Shown piece by piece: positions 57,722 through 64,000 of a stretch of DNA of 64,000 nucleotides. The position numbers and the translations under genes were made by a program. Origin of the DNA: Nymphaea colorata. Its lineage: Eukaryota. The notes below the pieces were generated by a model, which was not told the DNA's origin, searched no databases, and saw only the letters and a program-made list of their open reading frames with translations. Within the stretch, counting starts at the first letter, position 1. Each line of letters opens with the position of its first letter. The stretch is taken from positions 9,114,001 to 9,178,000 of the forward strand of contig NC_045138.2 in NCBI RefSeq assembly GCF_008831285.2, written 5' to 3'.

Positions 57722-60700
57722 TGTTAAAATTAGCTGTCATACTTAACGTTGTACCAGAGGTCGCATATAATTCAAACAACTAATTCTTGCAACGTTCAAA
57801 TTCCAGCAATACTCCTCCTTCCTAGTTAAGCGTTCTCTTCTTAAGAAAGCTTTATTAGTAAAAAGGAAATTTTTCTTGTACCATTGTAAAGAGAAGTTGT
57901 AAAACAACGTGCTGGCTCTTTGTATATATATAACAGTGTATAATAAAAGAAATAGTTTTTACTCTCCATTTCTATTTAGTCTCTCTTTGCTTTTATGTTT
58001 TTTTCATGAAGAAGAAACTCCACATGGTATCAGAGCTATGAGATTAGTGGCAGAGCGTGGACATAAGGAGATCAACAATGGAAGTCAGTCTAGTGATGAT
58101 GTTGATCTCAACATCAATGGTGTCGATACATCCCAAGTGTTTTCTGACCCTTTTTATATTCATCACTCTGGTAATCCTGGAAATGCTTTGGTGTCTCAAA
58201 ATTTTAATGGAGAAAATCATAGGATCTGGAGTAGAGCCATGCTGATGGCTCTCTTGGCAAAAAAGAAGATTGGTTTTATAAATGGTCAGTTATAGAACCA
58301 AATAAGGTGACCCTAACCACCATATGTGGGTTAGATGCAACAATCTTGTACTGTCTTGGATCTTGAATTCAATCACTAAGGATATTTCATCAAGCATCAT
58401 TTACTCAACTAATGCTAGAGAAGTCTGGCAAGATTTGAAGAATGCTTCATACAAAGTCATGCTCCTTGGATTTATCAAATCCAGAGTTTCATATGCTGAC
58501 TATAGCTAGATACTATGTCCATTGCATCATACTATACTAAATTAAAAGCTCTTTGGGATTAGCTTAGTTCCCAATCTCTTGTTCTGGTTTGCTCATGTGG
58601 TGCCATGAAGGCATACTCTGACCAAATCCAAAGAGAATGTGTTATGCAATCTCTTATGGGTCTAAATGACTCTTGCAATTCCATTAGAGGGCGGATCCTA
58701 CTTATTGACCCTCTCCCAAATGTAAATAAAGTCTATGCTATGGTACTACAAGAAGAAAAATAATAGGAAGCACATCTTTCTAGTACAATCAATTAAGGAA
58801 CCACAGCCATAGCTGTCAAGAAAAACAATCAAGAAAAGAAGTTCAGCCAAGAGAATAGTGCTCGATTTCAACAAAACAGAGGAGGTCGCCAAAACAGACC
58901 AGTTTGTGGTTATTGTCAAGGTGTTGGACACATCAAAGAAAAATGTTTCAAACTAATTGGGTACCCACCAGGCCACTGATTATATGAGTCTTTAAACAAA
59001 CTATCGCAGCCAACGTGAGCCAAAAACAAATCAACCCAGATTTGAAATCCATCTTTACTAATGACGCCTATAGTCAAGACAGTGGAGGACATGATACTAA
59101 AAGCATCGCGCCAGCCTTCACCCTTGAAGAATATCATAGCCTTCTATCCTTGGTGTAGGACTAGCCAGCCAACATCAATTTTGCAGGTAATATAGCTCGT
59201 GTAGGTAAAAATTGTTCAACTAATTTACATTCTCTTACTTGGATTGTCAATTTGGGAGCTAGTCGACATATGCAATGATGTATATGCACTTCAGAAATTA
59301 AAAATGTGCAATGTACCCCTGACATTACCAAATGGGAGAACTCTCTTAGTACATCAGATGGGTAAAATATCTATGTCTTCCTTTGAAATAGACAATGTGT
59401 TATGTATACCATCATTCAAAGTCAATTTGCTATATGTTAGTGAACTTACTAAAAAATTAAAGTGTTCTATAATTTTTTTTTTATCATTGTGTTATCCAAG
59501 ACCTGGCATCGAAGTTGACAATTGGTCGGGGTGAGGTGAAAGGTGGTTTGTATGTTCTTCAACAAGAACCAACGTGTCCTCACACCTATTTTACCCTTTC
59601 TTTGCGTGAACTTTTGCATAAGAGATTAGGTCATCTCTCATGTTCTCGTTTAAAATTAGTGAACAAAAATTTAGGTTTAAGCCTTTATTTGAATAATGAT
59701 CATGTGTGTGATGTTTGCCATCGTGCAAAACATACACGACTTAAGTTTGATTTGAGTGACATCTCTACTTCTTGCCCTTTTGATTTGATTCATTGTGATA
59801 TTTGGGGCCCTTACACCCAATGTACTATTTCTGGTACCTATTATTTTCGTAGTATCATAGATTATTTTTCACGTGCCACATGGATTTTCTTAATGAAGCA
59901 TAAGTATGAAGCGCTCCATGTTATCAAAAATTTTTTTGCCGTAATCAAAACTCAATTTAGTTGTCAAATTAAGTCCTTATGATTGAATAATGGGACCGAG
60001 TTTTTCTCACTTGAAATGAAAGAATTTTTACAAAAACAAGGGACTACTCATCGACACAGTTGTGTTACTACACCACAACAAAACGGTGTAGTAGAACGAA
60101 AGCATAGACATCTCCTCGAGGTTGCTAGCCACTTTGATCGGATAATGGGACCGAGTTTTTCTCACTTGAAATGAAAGAATTTTTACAAAAACAAGGGACT
60201 ACTCATCAACACAATTGTATTACTACACCACAGCAAAACAGTGTAGTAGAACAAAAGCATAGACATCTCCTCAAGGTTGCTAGCCACTTTGGTTTGAATC
60301 AAACCTTCTTATATGTTTTTGGGAAGAATGCATTTTAACTGCCACTTATTTGATAAATCGTATCCCTTCTTCAAAACTCGACAAAAAAACTCCCTTTGAA
60401 AGATTATTTAAAAAAAAACCCAATATTAAACACTTAAAAATTTTTGGTTCGCTGTGCTACACCACTAACACAAATCACAAAAAGGATAAATTTGAGTCTA
60501 GAGCATTCAAATGCATATTTATTGGATATCCCGAGGGACAAAAAGCATGCAATTTGTATGACATGAAAACTCGCAAGGTGTTTTCTAGCCATGACTTTAT
60601 ATTTTATGTGCATATTTTTCCTTTCCAAAATAAAAAAGATGATAAAAATGATGTTGTTTTACCCATTCCTTACAACCAAGATGAAGTTAACTACCAAGAG

Positions 60701-61523
60701 GTAACCAATGGAACATTTTCTAGCACACCACTAGATCTAGAACCAACCTACTTAGAGACCGAAAAGCCTTTGAATCTTGATCTTGAACACCAAGAAGAAT
60801 CCATAGATACCAACGAGCTGAACCCCTCTTGATTCAGACCCAAATCAGACTTTGGGACCCATTAGGAGATCCACACGAGTCCAAAAGCCCATAACTTGGT
60901 TGAAGGAGTACTGGTGTACCCTTCTTGCCTCACCTTCAACCAACGACACTCCCATGTCAGGCTGCAAATAAGGAAGAAGGTGTGCATTAAACAAATTTAT
61001 CTCATTTCATTGCTTTTCTAATAAACATTTTACATTTCTTACCTCTCTTATGTCTAAATTTGAGCCCCAAAACTATGAAGAAGTTGTCCGGTACAAGAAA
61101 TGGTGAGATTCCATGGATTGTCAAATTCATGCACTTCAAGAGAATAAGACTTGGACCATTACGATGCTTGTAGAAGGAGTGAAACCAATTGGGAGTAAAT
61201 GGATCTACAAGATCAAAGTGAGATTGGATAGATCTATTGAATGATATAAAGCTCATTTGGTAGCTAAAGGATATTCTCAACAAGAGGGGTTGGACTATAA
61301 TGAAACGTTTGCACCAGTTGCAAAGATAGTAACACAAAGATAGTAACAGTACGTGCTTTTTTTGCTATTGCAGCTAATCAAAATTGGGTCATGCGCCAAA
61401 TGGATGTTGAGTCTTACTTGAAGAAGTATGCATGCAAGTACCACAAGGATATAAATTACAAATCTCTTTATGGTTTAAAACAATCCCCAAGGAATCGGTT
61501 TTACAAGCTTTCAACTTCTTTTG
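57722..61523 (+). mobile_element. Decayed Ty1/copia element (5' LTR, PBS, gag-PR-INT-partial RT), interrupted at ~61524
   Basis: Putative LTR TGTTAAA...CTCCACA 57722-58024; perfect PBS TGGTATCAGAGC 58025-58036; DPFYIHHS, WSRAMLMAL, HCDIWGP, PQQNGVVERKHRH, CIFIGYP, RT start; many stops and frameshifts; sequence changes abruptly after the YGLKQSPR region. Confidence 0.9.
59980..60290. repeat. 155-bp tandem duplication in the decayed copia integrase
   Basis: 59980-60134 vs 60135-60290. Confidence 0.93.
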
Positions 61524-61526
61524 TAA

Positions 61527-63220
61527 GGCGTTTGTTACGCCGGAAAAAGACTATTCACTGAGAAAAAAATTTTAAAAATTCAAAATTTTCCAACTTAACA
61601 AACGCAGAAAATTATTTTCGACCGTTGAGGTCGATTGTGGAAATTTTTTTCCCAAAAAAAATTTCCAGCTAGAGAGACGGAAATATTTTTCCGGAAATTT
61701 TTAAGCGACTATTCGGGCACGGTCGCGCGTATCGCCTCTTCCCTCAGTCGCCTGTCGCAGCCGCAGCCCTCTTCGTCCTAACGCAACGCAGACTCTGCGT
61801 CCTCACGTGCCGTGAAGCAGGAGGTTCATTTCTCCTGTGGCTTCTCTTCCACTCTCGGTGTGTCGGGCCATCTATCGCCGGCCGTCGGTGAAAGGTACAT
61901 CCATTTCTCTCCTGTTTTATCTCTTTTCGGTTGTTCTCTCTTTTTTTCTCGCTCTCCCTCTTTCAATCTCGCTTCCTCTGGCGTCCTTTTCTCCATTCCG
62001 CCCATGACCCTGCGCACCCACCTTTTAATCACAGCCCATTCGATCGTCTTCCTCTTGCAGGGTTGCAGAAATCACGTCCCCTCATCAGTGTGCTCACCGC
62101 CAGCACTTTAGCAGCATTCATCTTCTGCCAAGTTTGAGCCAGTCGACTGAAGCTAGATGACCCTCTTGCTTCCTGTGTGTTCCTGTTTCAGGTCATATTT
62201 CTCTCCTGCTTTCTCTCTGTTTTTCTCTTGTTTTTTCCTACCCCTTCCTTTCCCACCGGGTGCAGCCTCTCTTCCTCCCTCTCTCTCACACAGTTTTCGC
62301 CCACCATCGCCGTCGCTTCTTCGCACAGGTACGCCTCTCTCTCTCGGCGATGCGCCTCTCGATGCGTCTGTGTGTATTTTTTCTTTTTTAAATTCATCTT
62401 TCTTCGCTGTTGCCGTGTGACTCTCTCCTCAGCAGCCACCGAAAGCCACCGGCGAATGGGTTTGTTGGATGAATTGGAAATCTTGGAGGTAACTTTGTTT
62501 CAAGATTTTCAGTCTACGTTTTTCTTTCTTTAATCATGGGTAAGAGAGTTAAGAGGGAAACCTTGGCAAACAAATTCTTCTACTCAAGAAATGACATGTT
62601 TTATTTGTGGAATTTCTCAGTGGTAAAGTATGATAAAAAGAGGAACTGTTAACAATTGCAGAAAGAAATTAAAATCTGAAAAGAGAAATTTCATCCATTT
62701 CAAGTTTAATTTGAAAGGAAGCTTTATTTTCCAGGTGACTTCAGTCCTTTGGGTTCAATTCCCATTTTTTGCTTGGTGGCTTGAAATATGTGGTTTCTCG
62801 TGAATACACTTGGCCGAGAATCTCAGTTTTTACCAGGTTGTTGATTGGTTTAGCCATGATATTCCTGGTCGTGTTGCCTGGATTTTTTTTGTCCATTTCT
62901 CATTCCTCTATTCAAGTGCCTGAGTTCTTTCTTGTGGTTGTTTTCTGATGACCATATGATAGTCATTAGTCATTCATCTTGTAATGCACCATATGGTAAA
63001 TACAAGTAAAATCCAATATGTTTCAGTTTTTATTTTCCACAGTTAGTTTCATCCAATACGAATCATTATGCATAACCATGAATTAAGAGTCAAGGATCGT
63101 TTCTTGATAGTTCACCAGTGGCACCGCCAAATTCATGTCCATAGTACATGATTGCCATAGGTGAGAGGGAGAGAGAATGAAAGGATTTCACTTCATTTTA
63201 TTGTGAAGAAAATACAGTTC

Positions 63221-63295
<75 letters not shown>

Positions 63296-64000
63296 CCTTC
63301 TGTTTTTTCTTCTTCCATAGGTCATCTATTCATCTTTGTCAGCATCAGCAACTTGTTTTTTTTTCTTCTGTTTCTTCTTTTTTCCACCAATCCCTTTTAT
63401 TTTCTACTTCTCTTGCCCCCAAAAAATTCCTTATCTGCTCTTCTTTTACTATTCCGTTTATTTCATCTTTATGTATCCATTTTTTTCCGTTGCTGTTTTT
63501 CTGTCATCGTTTTGAGACTTTTTTTCCTGTGTAAATTAGTGTTTATTGCTTTTTCCCTCTCTGCTTTTATTGTATTTTTTCTTTTTGTCTTTATTTATTT
63601 CCTTTTTGTTCACTTCTGTTTATCTGTCATCATTTCGAACTTCATTTTTTCCATGTAAATTAGTGTTTATTGTATTTTTGTTCTGATATGTGTTCTTTCT
63701 AGTTTGCAGATTTCTTGCATGTGTACTGACACTCTTATTCATGATTTTGTTATTAACTATGAATTTTGACATAATAAATGTTGGCTGGCTATATATTTTG
63801 ATTAAGAATATATTTTTTACTATGATTTTGACAATTTGTTAAGGACACGTTTTGCTATTTTTTTGGGTTGTCTAAGCAACTGCCTAGATCATGCCAAGGC
63901 TTTTCAGTTTTGACAATATGGACTTTGGTTTATTGGATCAAAGGTTTAAAATGTGGTCCTTTTACGTGTAAGGAAGGAGCAATTGAGCGGGAGATGGATT
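61527..64000. mobile_element. Left end of a PIF/Harbinger-like element inserted in the decayed copia; runs off the window
   Basis: TAA then GGCGTTTGTTACGCCGGAAAAAGACTAT..., similar to the reverse complement of 620-794; followed by GC/CT-rich sequence. No coding domain recognised, so its extent is uncertain. Confidence 0.5.
63226..63295. repeat. (GT)n(GA)n compound microsatellite
   Basis: Directly visible. Confidence 0.95.

Noticed and set aside
58025..58036. TGGTATCAGAGC as a tRNA gene fragment
   Set aside because: It is the primer-binding site complementary to initiator tRNA-Met, next to an LTR; no cloverleaf.
63229..63658. Phe-rich ORFs
   Set aside because: Microsatellite and T-rich intron-like sequence.

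Overview
Repeat-rich flowering-plant nuclear DNA; no prokaryotic features, RNA genes or CRISPR arrays were seen. There is one intact host gene: a four-exon, minus-strand COP10-type ubiquitin E2 variant (3755-15492, 181 aa, catalytic Cys replaced by Ser). Its intron 1 carries a full-length but decayed chromoviral Ty3/gypsy element, and its intron 2 is largely an old ~2 kb tandem duplication. The rest is a layered transposon landscape. (i) A decayed Mutator-like region (~19.5-34.4 kb) in which a FAR1-type transposase converges on plant-mobile-domain (PMD) and Ulp1/C48 protease remnants, with short-motif arrays, a ~206-bp satellite and a 3.8 kb solo LTR. (ii) A three-level LTR nest (~40-57 kb): an old chromovirus, interrupted by an apparently non-coding long-LTR element, itself interrupted by a very young Ty1/copia with an unbroken ORF and a predicted gag-splicing intron. 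(iii) Further solo LTRs, MITEs, a decayed copia and PIF/Harbinger-like ends. The best candidates for something undescribed are the PMD+Ulp1+FAR1 Mutator cargo with its motif arrays, the non-coding long-LTR element, and a dispersed repeat occupying the COP10 promoter position. Domain and clade names come from motif recognition by eye, not from database searches.
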